Source of the DNA: Devosia sp.
Lineage (GTDB): Bacteria; Pseudomonadota; Alphaproteobacteria; Rhizobiales; Devosiaceae
Direction: 5' to 3'
NCBI GenBank assembly: GCA_015657675.1
Contig: JACDQI010000107.1
Span: forward strand, 2,706 to 66,705
DNA: 64,000 nt
This document shows positions 31,430 through 40,702 of the stretch, piece after piece; position 1 is the first letter of the stretch, and each line of letters starts with the position of its first letter. The position numbers and the translations under genes were made by a program. Below the pieces are notes generated by a model. That model was not told the origin of the DNA and made no database searches. It saw nothing but the letters and a program-made list of their open reading frames with translations.

Positions 31430-31515
31430 GTTTGGGAAAATCCAGCAAGATCAGGGTTTTGGCGAGTGCGATAAGGGCGGGGTGCCAGGCTGAGGAGCAA
31501 TTCCTGCCGGGTTCA

Positions 31516-31531
31516 TTAACGGACTATTAAC
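31516..31531. promoter_or_regulatory. CtrA box upstream of fliX
   Basis: TTAA-CGGACTA-TTAAC, exact N7 consensus. Confidence 0.85.
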
Positions 31532-31576
31532 GGCTGACGGCAGATTTTGCCGGGTAGTGAAGGAATTGAGTCCACC

Positions 31577-31993
31577 GTGCGCATCGACACCATCAGAGCA
31601 GGCGCCATCGGATCCCGCGGGGCGGCGGGACGGACGAGCTCTGGCGTCCCATTCCATGTCAATGACGGATCGCAGACGCAGCGTGCCACCCCGATGTCTC
31701 AGGCATCAGCCACGCAGGACATTGGCTCGTTGCTGGCGCTGCAGTCGGTCGAGGATCCGCTGCTCAAGAAAAGGAAGCTGGTGCGGCGCGGCCAGCAACT
31801 GCTCGACACGCTCGAAAGCCTTAAGGCCGATCTGCTGGTCGGCAATGTCGGGGAGGACCGACTGAAGCAGCTCATGACCCTGATCGGCGAGGCGCGGGAG
31901 CGCAGCGAACCGGGTCTGGATGGTCTGCTCGACGACATCGAGCTCAGGGCCCGGGTCGAACTCGCCAAGCGCGGGCTGTTTCCGACGGCGTAA
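31577..31993 (+). CDS. fliX: Flagellar assembly regulator FliX
   Basis: LLALQSVED, RRGQQLLDTL, IELRARVELAK; divergent from flgI and next to dksA. Confidence 0.92.
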   Translation: MRIDTIRAGAIGSRGAAGRTSSGVPFHVNDGSQTQRATPMSQASATQDIGSLLALQSVEDPLLKKRKLVRRGQQLLDTLESLKADLLVGNVGEDRLKQLMTLIGEARERSEPGLDGLLDDIELRARVELAKRGLFPTA

Positions 31994-32108
31994 GGCCGCT
32001 CAATCTCCGGTCCTGTGACGAATTAATGACCCCGCAGTTCACCGCTTGCCCGGCTCCGGCGACGGAACTATAAGGCGCGCCTAGGGGTATGTCGGAGTCG
32101 AGTAAGCA

Positions 32109-32525
32109 ATGTCATCCGCTGAAGTTCTTGAATACCGGCCCACAGAAGACGAGCCGTTTATGAACCCGCGCCAGCGGGAGTACTTCCGGCAGAAGCTGGA
32201 AGCGTGGAAGGACGAAATCCTTCGCGAGAGCCGCGAGACGCTGGAAAACCTCCAGGAAGAAAGCCAGAACCATCCTGATATGGCCGACCGGGCGTCGTCA
32301 GAAAGCGACCGGGCGCTTGAGCTCCGGACGCGCGACCGCCAACGCAAGCTGATCGCCAAGATCGATGCGGCGCTTAAGCGGATCGACGAGGGGACCTACG
32401 GCTATTGCGAGGAGACCGGCGATCCGATCGGGATCGCCCGGCTCGATGCACGGCCGATCGCCACGCTCAGCCTTGAGGCGCAGGAAAGCCACGAGCGTCG
32501 CGAAAAAGTCTACCGCGACGAATAA
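32109..32525 (+). CDS. dksA: RNA polymerase-binding protein DksA
   Basis: EPFMN, PDMADRASSE, LRTRDRQRKLI, YGYCEETG, RLDARPIA. Confidence 0.96.
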   Translation: MSSAEVLEYRPTEDEPFMNPRQREYFRQKLEAWKDEILRESRETLENLQEESQNHPDMADRASSESDRALELRTRDRQRKLIAKIDAALKRIDEGTYGYCEETGDPIGIARLDARPIATLSLEAQESHERREKVYRDE

Positions 32526-32538
32526 CGCCGACAAGTTT

Positions 32539-32570
32539 GAAAGGCCCGCTCCATGCGGGCCTTTCCTTTT
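32539..32570 (+). terminator. Intrinsic terminator after dksA
   Basis: gaaaggcccgc-tccat-gcgggcctttc-ctttt. Confidence 0.85.
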
Positions 32571-32717
32571 GGGTTGCAGAAAATACCTTGATGCCGATCA
32601 CGGCATCGCGATCTCGCCCAAATCGTGCGGCAGCTTCAGTTCGGGGATGGGAGGACGCTGAATGCGTCGGCCTGTCGCTGATGGCGTGTCATCGCGGGGG
32701 CGAAAGGCGAGGCCGAA

Positions 32718-34286
32718 TTGACTGAACTCCTCTCTGCCCCTTCCGCTTCCGCTCCACGTTGGGGACGCGGCGCGAAAGCCGTTGTGGCAATGGTCGCGCT
32801 CGTGATCCTGGGCGACCTCGTTATCTGGCAGGTCTACCCGCCGGGTGTTGGACTGGCCCTGCTCTTTCTTGTAGCGGGCGTTGCAGTCATCTGGCTGCGC
32901 CGCGCCCGGCTCCGCAGCCGCGCGGTTCTGCTTTCCCTCATACTCTTCCTTTGCAGCCTGTTGCCGCTGGTGGAGGCACCATCGCTGCTTGGTTTTCTCG
33001 TTGCGCTGACCGGCACGACGCTGCTGGCGCTGGCGACATCGCACCACCTGCCGCGAAACTTCGAGGGGTTTGGGGCAACGCTCGTTCGCTTTGCTGTGCT
33101 GGCGCCGTTCCGGCTACTGGGCGATGGCGTGGGGCTGCTCACTGGCGATGTCTGGAAGGGCGTGCATGGTCGCATACTGCGGACGCTGGTGATCTGGATC
33201 GTTCCGGCGGTGTTCGCGGGGGCGTTCCTGCTCCTCTTCGCGGCGGCTAACCCGGTCATCGAGGACCTGCTGCGATTCATTCGTCCTGACGTAGGCATCG
33301 AGCTGCTGCACCCCTTTCGGATCGCACTCTGGGTGGTCCTGGCCGGGGTCTCCTGGCCGCTTTTGCGACCGCGTCTCCTGACATGGGCGAAAGAGGCGGC
33401 CATCCAGGGGCCAAAGCTGCCGAAGGCAGAGAGCCTGCTTTTCGGTCAGGCGGCGATCCTGCGGTCGCTGATCGTCTTCAACCTGCTGTTTGCGGTGCAG
33501 ACCGTAATGGACGCGCTATACCTCTGGGGTGGGGTTCGGCTGCCAGACGGGCTCAGCTATGCGGACTATGCGCATCGTGGCGCCTATCCACTGATCGCGA
33601 CGGCGTTGCTGGCGGCGGCCTTTGTGCTGGTGGCGCTGCGCCCTAGTGGGCCAGCCCAGAACTCGGTGCTCATCCGCCGGCTGGTCTATGTCTGGATTGG
33701 CCAGAACGTACTGCTGGTGATTTCATCCATCCTGCGGCTCGACCTTTATGTGCAGGTCTATTCGCTGACCGAGATGCGGATCGCTGCCGGCGTCTGGATG
33801 GGACTGGTCGCCATCGGCTTGGTGCTGATACTGCTCCGCATCGTCTGGCGCCGCTCCAACGCCTGGCTTGTCAGCAGCAACCTGGTGTCGCTGGGTCTGA
33901 CGCTCTTTGTCTGTGCCCTTATCGATTTTTCCGCGATCATTGCGCAGTTCAACGTGGAGAACAGCCGCGATCTGGGCGGCAAAGGTCAGCCGCTGGATCT
34001 CTACTACCTCGAAAGTCTTGGACCGTCTGCGATCCCGGCGATTGCCCATCTTCTCGACCGCGTTGAGGAACGGGACGATTCCCAGACCAGAGACTTCGAC
34101 ATCCTGGCAGGCAACATGGCGATAGGAGTCCTCAATGGCACGTCCGATTGGCGAAGGTGGAGCTTCCGTACTCAGAGGCTGCAGGACTGGCTACGGGCAA
34201 GCCCGCGCTTCCAAAATCTGGGGATGACGACGAGAACCTATTCTTCGCCGCCACCGCCGCCTGAAGAAACACTGTCGAGCGATTGA
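32718..34286 (+). CDS. DUF4173/DUF4153-like polytopic membrane protein
   Basis: LFAAANP, SYADYAHRGAYPL, RLDLYVQVYSLT, LDLYYL; many TM helices; start uncertain. Confidence 0.85.
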   Translation: MTELLSAPSASAPRWGRGAKAVVAMVALVILGDLVIWQVYPPGVGLALLFLVAGVAVIWLRRARLRSRAVLLSLILFLCSLLPLVEAPSLLGFLVALTGTTLLALATSHHLPRNFEGFGATLVRFAVLAPFRLLGDGVGLLTGDVWKGVHGRILRTLVIWIVPAVFAGAFLLLFAAANPVIEDLLRFIRPDVGIELLHPFRIALWVVLAGVSWPLLRPRLLTWAKEAAIQGPKLPKAESLLFGQAAILRSLIVFNLLFAVQTVMDALYLWGGVRLPDGLSYADYAHRGAYPLIATALLAAAFVLVALRPSGPAQNSVLIRRLVYVWIGQNVLLVISSILRLDLYVQVYSLTEMRIAAGVWMGLVAIGLVLILLRIVWRRSNAWLVSSNLVSLGLTLFVCALIDFSAIIAQFNVENSRDLGGKGQPLDLYYLESLGPSAIPAIAHLLDRVEERDDSQTRDFDILAGNMAIGVLNGTSDWRRWSFRTQRLQDWLRASPRFQNLGMTTRTYSSPPPPPEETLSSD

Positions 34287-34390
34287 CCCGTAACGGTGCA
34301 GAACCCCATGATCTCAGTTCGTCAGTTTCCCGGCGCGGCATCCCGCCGCTGGACTAGCAATCGCGCTCGGGACCCACGATATTGGATCGC

Positions 34391-34948
34391 ATGAACACAG
34401 GCGCAAAGCTGATACTGGGGATGCTGGTGGCGACCCTCTGGGCCGCACCGGGATTGGGGCAGGAGACGGGCGAGAGCTGCGCGACCATCGGCGACGATGC
34501 GCAGCGGCTTGTCTGCTATGACAATGTATTTCGCAGCGGTGCTCCACCAGTCGTCGAGGGCGCGATTGTCCTCGAGTCCGAGCAACTGATCCCCGCGCGT
34601 CCGAGCGGACGGGCACCGGCGAGCCTCAGTTTTACCTGCGTCAGCGGATCGCCCGAAGTGCGGTTCAGTTTTGCCGGCCAACTGATGTCGGCAACGGGCG
34701 ACATCGCGCCCGTGACGTTGCAGGTAGACCAGGGTCCGACACAGGTGCGAACCATGCGGGCGTCTGACGACAATCAGTCGCTGTCCTTCGGCGCCGCGCG
34801 CGATACGGCGGCGTTTCTCGATACGCTCAATGGCGGCACGACGCTCAAGGTGCGGATGACGCCGGTGCGGCAGCGCTCGCTCAACGTCAACTTCCGCCTG
34901 ACCGAAGCGCTCGCAGGGATAACCACACTCCGCGAGACCTGCCGCTAG
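34391..34948 (+). CDS. Exported protein, VasI/TagO-like
   Basis: Signal peptide, C-x-x-I-x-D-x-x-x-RL-x-CYD motif, C-terminal FRLT...LRETC. Confidence 0.7.
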   Translation: MNTGAKLILGMLVATLWAAPGLGQETGESCATIGDDAQRLVCYDNVFRSGAPPVVEGAIVLESEQLIPARPSGRAPASLSFTCVSGSPEVRFSFAGQLMSATGDIAPVTLQVDQGPTQVRTMRASDDNQSLSFGAARDTAAFLDTLNGGTTLKVRMTPVRQRSLNVNFRLTEALAGITTLRETCR

Positions 34949-36450
34949 CTCAGATAGCGGCGCTCGAGGTGGCGGGCAAAGTGCGTAGCGTTGAGCTTTT
35001 CGCCGGTGGCCCTCTGTAGCAGGTCCGGCGTCGACCAGCGGGAGGCCTGTGACCAGATGTTGTCGCGCCGCCAGTCGTTGACGCCAACGAAGCGGCCGTA
35101 GCGCAAATCGTCCTCGACCGTGGGCTGCGCCTTTTCGATCGCCACCCATTGCTGGGCAGCGATCAGGGCCCCCAACGTGTAGCTCGGGAAGTAGCCGATG
35201 GCGCCGCCTGGCCAATGCACGTCCTGCATCGGGCCATCCTTGGGATTGTCGATGGTCGACAATCCCAGATACTCGCGCATCTTGGCGTCCCAGACTTCCG
35301 GAACGTCACGCGCCGCCAGCGCTCCGCTCACCAGGTCCTTTTCGATCTCGTAGCGCAGGATGACGTGCAGCGGGTAGGTGGCCTCGTCGGCATCGACGCG
35401 GATCAAGCCGCGCTCGATCAGGTGCACGTGCGCGAGGATGTCCTCGAGCGCCCAGCCGGCGATGGCGTCGGCGCCCAGATGCTCGCGCACATGCGGCATG
35501 GCCCATTCCCAGAAGGCAGGCGAGCGGGCGATCTGCTTTTCAACAAAGAGGCTCTGACTCTCGTGAATCGCCATGCCACGCGCCTTGCCCAACGGCCAGT
35601 GCGACCAGGCCTTTGGCAGTCCCTGCTCGTAGAGGCCGTGGCCTGTCTCATGCAGGATGCCCATCAGCGAGGACAGGAATTCGGCAGTGGTGTAGCGGGT
35701 GGTCATGCGCACGTCGGTAGGGACGCCGCCGCAGAACGGGTGATGCGAGATGTCGAGCCGACCATGCTCGAAGTCAAAGCCCAGCGCTTCCATCATGGCG
35801 AGGCCGAGGGCCTTCTGCTTGTCGATGGGGAAGGGGGCGTTGAGCGGCTTCAACGGCCGGGCGCTCAGCTTGGCCTCCTGGTGTGCCAGCGCCTTGGGGA
35901 CGAAGTCCTTGAGGAAGGTCTTGAGGTCAGCAAACACCGGATCGATATCGGCGGTGCGATTGCCCGGATCGTACTGTTCCATCATCGCGTCATAGGGCGC
36001 GAGGCCGAGCACGTCGGCGCGCAACTGCGCTTCCTCGCGCACCGTGGCGACGATGCCTTCGAAGGCGGGAAGGAAGCCCTTCCAGTCGCCCGAGGGGCGG
36101 AGTTCGCGCCAGAGCTGCTCGGAGCGAATGCGGGCGTTGACCTGCCGGCTGACGAAGTCGGACGACAGGCAGGTGGCGTTGGTATAGCTGCGACGGAACT
36201 CTCGCAGCGCCGCGCGCTGCATGTCGTCGAGGTCTTCGGTTTCGGCAGCTCCGATCCAATCGGCGATCTCGGGAGCCGTCGCCATCTCGTGCTGCATGCC
36301 GGCGAGCACCGACATCGCCTCGGCGCGCTTTTCCCCACCGCCCGAGGGCATGTTCACTGCCTCGTCGACGAACAGCATGGACTGGGCGTGGTCGAGCGCT
36401 TCGAGCCTTTTGCCGAGGGCGTCGAGTTTGTCGAAAGCTGAGTTGGTCAT
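34945..36450 (-). CDS. Carboxypeptidase M32
   Basis: HPFC, DVRMTTR, HETGH, HESQS, IRVDADE, QDVHW, YFPSY. Confidence 0.95.
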   Translation of the reverse strand: MTNSAFDKLDALGKRLEALDHAQSMLFVDEAVNMPSGGGEKRAEAMSVLAGMQHEMATAPEIADWIGAAETEDLDDMQRAALREFRRSYTNATCLSSDFVSRQVNARIRSEQLWRELRPSGDWKGFLPAFEGIVATVREEAQLRADVLGLAPYDAMMEQYDPGNRTADIDPVFADLKTFLKDFVPKALAHQEAKLSARPLKPLNAPFPIDKQKALGLAMMEALGFDFEHGRLDISHHPFCGGVPTDVRMTTRYTTAEFLSSLMGILHETGHGLYEQGLPKAWSHWPLGKARGMAIHESQSLFVEKQIARSPAFWEWAMPHVREHLGADAIAGWALEDILAHVHLIERGLIRVDADEATYPLHVILRYEIEKDLVSGALAARDVPEVWDAKMREYLGLSTIDNPKDGPMQDVHWPGGAIGYFPSYTLGALIAAQQWVAIEKAQPTVEDDLRYGRFVGVNDWRRDNIWSQASRWSTPDLLQRATGEKLNATHFARHLERRYLS

Positions 36451-36461
36451 GTGGTCCTCGG

Positions 36462-36553
36462 GGCGAGTAGTGAGTAGCCAGTAGTGAGTAGCGAATAGGG
36501 AGGTCTGGGTCACCCCTTTCCCTATTGGCCATTCGCTCCCAACTACTCGCTAC
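36462..36553. repeat. Inverted heptamer-repeat array
   Basis: GAGTAGT/GAGTAGC/CAGTAGT/GAGTAGC/GAATAGG units facing complementary cctattg/ccattcg/ctactcg units. Confidence 0.7.
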
Positions 36554-36562
36554 CAATGGGGA

Positions 36563-36591
36563 AGGGGCGCAGCCGGGGAGACTGCGCCCCT
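36563..36591 (-). terminator. Hairpin downstream of flgH
   Basis: aggggcgcag ... ctgcgcccct 10-bp stem; weak U-tract. Confidence 0.5.
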
Positions 36592-36674
36592 GGTGGGCAA
36601 CTTCCTTCTGGAACCTGCCTGATGCCGATCACGCCGAATGGGGGAAACGCGTGACCGGCGGGGACTGGAGTGCC

Positions 36675-37415
36675 CTAGAAGGGCATGATGGCATCGGCAA
36701 TCTGCTGGCCGTAGCGCGGCTGCTGCACATCGGTGATCTGACCGCGGCCGCCGTAGGAGATGCGGGCTTCGGCGATCTTGCTCGACGGGATGGTGTTGTC
36801 GGCGTGGATGTCCTCGGGGCGGACGATGCCAGCGACGATAAGGTCGCGGACTTCGAAGTTGACGCGCACTTCCTGACGACCTTCGATCACGAGGTTGCCG
36901 TTCGAGAGCACCTGCGTAACGACGGCCGCGACCTGGGTCTCGAGCGCTTCCGACCGGTTCACCGAGCCGTTGCCGCTGTCGGACAGCGAGCCGGCAGTGT
37001 TGATCTCGCCGGTGGCGTCCACATCAACCAGCGGGGTCTGCTTGTTGAAGATCGATCCCAGCACGCCACCGACACTGCCCGAACTTTCCGACGAGCGGCT
37101 GCGGCCGGTCGAGTTGGAGATCTTGGCGCTGTCGTCGATCGTCACCATGACAGTCAGGATGTCGCCGATCTTGTGGGCACGCTGGTCCTTGAAGAAGCCG
37201 CGTGCCTCGTTGGAGAACAGCGAGTTCGGCTGGTACGAGGCGGCGACCACCTGCGGCATCGGCATGTTGACCGGCTGGTAGCCAGGCTTGGCCGTCGGGT
37301 CGGCGATGGCGGTCAGCTTGGGCGCTTGATTGACGGAGGCCAGGCGATCCATGGTCGAGCAGCCAGCGAGCAGGGTGATGAGGGCGAGGGAAGCAATGAG
37401 TTTGAAGCTATGCAT
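36675..37415 (-). CDS. flgH: Flagellar L-ring lipoprotein
   Basis: Lipobox LAGC, FFKDQRA, GDILTV, NGNLVIEG, QPRYGQQ. Confidence 0.95.
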   Translation of the reverse strand: MHSFKLIASLALITLLAGCSTMDRLASVNQAPKLTAIADPTAKPGYQPVNMPMPQVVAASYQPNSLFSNEARGFFKDQRAHKIGDILTVMVTIDDSAKISNSTGRSRSSESSGSVGGVLGSIFNKQTPLVDVDATGEINTAGSLSDSGNGSVNRSEALETQVAAVVTQVLSNGNLVIEGRQEVRVNFEVRDLIVAGIVRPEDIHADNTIPSSKIAEARISYGGRGQITDVQQPRYGQQIADAIMPF

Positions 37416-37436
37416 GGTGGTCACTCCGGTCGCGCC

Positions 37437-38380
37437 TTAAAGGCCCGCCACGTTGAGGGTAGAGGTCATTTCGACGCCGCCATTGGGCAGAGCCGTACCG
37501 TTGAGGATCTTCTTGGAGACGGTGTTGAGCACCTGCACCGGCTGGCCGATGGACGCACTGTTGAGCGCCTGGCCCTTGACCGAGAGCGTCATCAGTTCAC
37601 TGCGGAGGTACACAGTCACCATCTGGTTGCGCTGCACGACCAGCGGCTCGCTGACGTCGCCGGCGCGGAGCATCAGGCCACCGCGAGCCGGCCGGTCGAG
37701 CTGCTTGCCGACCAGCTGGTCGAGACCGACAACGCCGGTGGTCTCGGCATACTTGAGCGGCACCATCTTCATCTCGATGTCGCCGGGGGTGAGAATGGTG
37801 CGGCCGGACGCGGGGCGACGAGATGCGGCGCCTCGACCATCAGGTCGATGCGGCCGGCGACATCGACCGGCAGGTCGGTGCCGGCGATCTCGAAGCGGGC
37901 CTCGAAGCTGCTCGACCCGGGCATGTAGCGCACATTGATGAGACGGACTGGCTGCTCGACAGCCTCGGCGTTGAAGCTGAGGTCGGACTTGTCGAAGTAG
38001 AGCTGCGGTGTGACGTCACTGGCGACGATGCCGCGGTTGATCAGGTCGTCGGTGATCAGCTCACCAAGCGTGGTCTGGTCGATGATGGTGGCAGCGCGCG
38101 AGACGCGAACCCGGGCGATGCCGACGTTCTCGAATTCGGTGAGACCGATGATCTTGGCGGCGTGGGTTACCGCACCCAGATCGACGATGCCAGTGGTGCC
38201 CGGCTTGGGAGCGCGGAACATGGCGAGTTCAGCCAAGGCGCCGGCGTCGTCGAACATGTCGCCGACAGTGACGATCTCGGCGGTGACGACGACATTCTCG
38301 CGCAGCGAGGGCAGGGCGAGCACCGAGGTGGAAAGGCTGGCGAAGAGCGCTGCGACGGCGAAGGTTTTCATCAGGTTCAT
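37437..38380 (-). CDS. flgA: P-ring formation chaperone (frameshift near 37801)
   Basis: Between flgG and flgH; signal peptide, APKPG, C-terminal VQRNQMVTV...GQAL...VLNTVSKK. Confidence 0.9.
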
Positions 38381-38394
38381 CTAGCTTCTCCCTA

Positions 38395-39180
38395 TCAGCG
38401 CAACTGGCTCGTCGCCTGCAGCATCTGGTCGGCACCTGAGATGACGCGGGCGTTCATCTCGTAGGCGCGCTGCGCGGCAATCAGGTCGGCGACTTCGGTG
38501 ACGGCGTTGACGTTGGACATTTCGAGGTAGCCCTGCATCAGGTTGCCCAGGCCATCCTGATTGGGCGTGCCGGTCTGGGCAGCGCCGCTCGAGGCGGTCT
38601 CGAGAAAGAGGTTCTGGCCGAACGACTGCAGGCCTGCCTTGTTGACGAACTGGGCAACCTGGAGCTGGCCCAACTGGGTCGGCGCGGTGGCACCCGGCAG
38701 ATAAGCCTCTACGATGCCGTCGGCGCTGATCGAAACGCCCGTGGCGTTGCCCGGGATGGTGATGCCCGGATCGACTGTGTAGCCGTCGACGGTCACCAAT
38801 TGGCCGGTGTCGTCACGCTCGAACGAGCCGTCGCGGGTGTAGGCAGTGCGGCCATCTGGCAGAGTGATCGGGAAGTAGCCTTCGCCGGAGATGGCGATGT
38901 CGAGTTCCTTCTCGGTCGGCGAGACCGAGCCCTGGGTCATGACGCGCGGTGTGGCGGCAGTCTTGACGCCGGAGCCGATTTCGATGCCGGCCGGCACCAC
39001 CGTGCCCTGGTCCGAGGTCGTGGAGCCCGACCGGCGGATCTGCTGGTAGAGCAGGTCCTGGAACTCGGCGCGCTGCTTCTTGTAGCCAGTGGTGCGCATG
39101 TTGGCGATGTTGTTCGAGATGACTTCGACGTTGCGCTCCTGCGCCGCCATGCCGCTCGATGCGATGTAGAGAGCTTTCAT
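38395..39180 (-). CDS. flgG: Distal rod protein
   Basis: NNIANMRTTGYK, FQDLLYQ, YTRDGSF, LEMSNV. Confidence 0.96.
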   Translation of the reverse strand: MKALYIASSGMAAQERNVEVISNNIANMRTTGYKKQRAEFQDLLYQQIRRSGSTTSDQGTVVPAGIEIGSGVKTAATPRVMTQGSVSPTEKELDIAISGEGYFPITLPDGRTAYTRDGSFERDDTGQLVTVDGYTVDPGITIPGNATGVSISADGIVEAYLPGATAPTQLGQLQVAQFVNKAGLQSFGQNLFLETASSGAAQTGTPNQDGLGNLMQGYLEMSNVNAVTEVADLIAAQRAYEMNARVISGADQMLQATSQLR

Positions 39181-39190
39181 TCTGGTCTCC

Positions 39191-39928
39191 TTATGCGCTT
39201 ACTTCGCCGAGGCGCTGGATAGCGCTGCGTCGCAGTTCGTCTTGCTTCTGCATGGTGCTCGCCAGGCTTTCGTAGGCGCGCTGGACACGGATCATCTCGG
39301 TAATCTCGGCGACGCCGGAGACGTTGGATTTCTCGATGGCGCCCTGCACCACCCTGGTGTCGACGGCAGCGGTTGGCGTGCCGCCCGAGTAGAGGTTGTT
39401 GCCCTCGCGGACGAGTTCTTGCGGCGAGGCGAACTCGACGACCTGCAGGCGGCCCTTGCCGCCATTGCTGGTGGAGATCGCGCCGGTGGCGGAAATCATG
39501 ATGTCGGTATCGGAAGCGTCGAACTGCACTGGTGCGCCATCGGCCAGCACCGGGTTGCCGGAAAGATCGACCAGCACGCCGGCATTGTTGAGCTGCAGCG
39601 CGCCTGAGCGGGTGTAGCGCTCGCCGGCGGGGGTCTGGACGGTGAGGAAGCCATCGCCTTCGAGCGCCACATCCAGCGGATTGCCGGTGAGCTGGATGGC
39701 GCCGTTCTGCATGTCGTGGATGGTTGCCCAGTCGTCGGTGTAGTGCAGCGGCTGGTCCGGGTAAGCGAAGTCGCGGTCGGAGGCGACCGGCATCAGGTAG
39801 TCCTCAAAGAGGAGCTGTTCGCGCTTGAAGCCCGTCGTATTGATGTTGGCGATGTTGTTCGCCACCACATCCATCTGCCGCCGCAGCGCCACCTGGCGCG
39901 AAAGCGAGATCAGCTGTGCATTTTCCAT
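39191..39928 (-). CDS. flgF: Proximal rod protein
   Basis: NNIANINTTGFK, TGNPLDVA, YTRSG, EKSNV. Confidence 0.95.
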   Translation of the reverse strand: MENAQLISLSRQVALRRQMDVVANNIANINTTGFKREQLLFEDYLMPVASDRDFAYPDQPLHYTDDWATIHDMQNGAIQLTGNPLDVALEGDGFLTVQTPAGERYTRSGALQLNNAGVLVDLSGNPVLADGAPVQFDASDTDIMISATGAISTSNGGKGRLQVVEFASPQELVREGNNLYSGGTPTAAVDTRVVQGAIEKSNVSGVAEITEMIRVQRAYESLASTMQKQDELRRSAIQRLGEVSA

Positions 39929-39997
39929 TGCACGTCGTCCCCGTTATTCCCCGAACCACCCTGACTTCCCCAAGCCGTTGCGGTTCGCCACTCTCAT

Positions 39998-40013
39998 TGC
40001 AGAAACCGTGCCA
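39998..40013 (-). promoter_or_regulatory. Sigma54 promoter of flgF
   Basis: Minus strand TGGCAC-GGTTT-CTGCA. Confidence 0.8.
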
Positions 40014-40088
40014 AACTCGACAATTGAATAAAATCAGAGGCTTGGCGAAGGTCAGGTAGAAAGGACGGGGTGGGAAAAGCCTGTTGCC

Positions 40089-40117
40089 CGGCAAGACTTG
40101 CCCGGCAATTTGTGCCG
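40089..40117. promoter_or_regulatory. Tandem ftr elements
   Basis: CGGCAAGACTTGCCC and CGGCAATTTGTGCCG, about 75-105 nt upstream of the flgF sigma54 site. Confidence 0.7.
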
Positions 40118-40131
40118 GTTTGGAGCGGGTC

Positions 40132-40147
40132 GTAACCAATCGTTAAC
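40132..40147. promoter_or_regulatory. CtrA box upstream of fliL
   Basis: GTAA-CCAATCG-TTAAC. Confidence 0.75.
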
Positions 40148-40207
40148 CACCGGACGGCATAGCATTGGGAACGGCCGGAATCGTTCGGTTGCCCTGGGGT
40201 TTGTGGA

Positions 40208-40702
40208 ATGGCCGCTGAAGCGGAACTCGATGGCGAAGCCACACAAGGCAAGGCCAAGAAGAAGCTGCCGATCATGGTGATCGCCGGGGCGGCAGCGTTC
40301 CTGGTCATCGGTGGCGGCGCTGCGGCCTATTTCCTGCTGTTCTCGGGCAGCAAGGATGCCGCGACCGAAGAACACGCCGCCGCAGAAGTCCACCATGAGG
40401 GCTTCATCTTCAACCTCCCGGCGATGACAGTGAACCTGAAGTCGGACGGGCAGGGCGGGGGCTTCATGAAGCTCACCATCGCGCTCGAAGTGGCCAGCGA
40501 AGAGGTCATGGTCGAGATCCAGCCGCGGCTCGCCAAGGTGGTGGATGCCTTTCAGGTCTACCTGCGCGAGCTGCGCAAGAGCGACCTCGAGGGATCGGCA
40601 GGCATCTACAGGCTGAAGGAAGAGCTGCGCCGCCGCGTCAACGTGGCCATCTATCCGGCACAGATCGACAGCATTCTGTTCAAGGAAATCCTGGTGCAGT
40701 AA
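40208..40702 (+). CDS. fliL: Basal-body associated protein FliL
   Basis: N-terminal TM helix, VNL, DAFQVYLRELR, LKEEL. Confidence 0.94.
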   Translation: MAAEAELDGEATQGKAKKKLPIMVIAGAAAFLVIGGGAAAYFLLFSGSKDAATEEHAAAEVHHEGFIFNLPAMTVNLKSDGQGGGFMKLTIALEVASEEVMVEIQPRLAKVVDAFQVYLRELRKSDLEGSAGIYRLKEELRRRVNVAIYPAQIDSILFKEILVQ

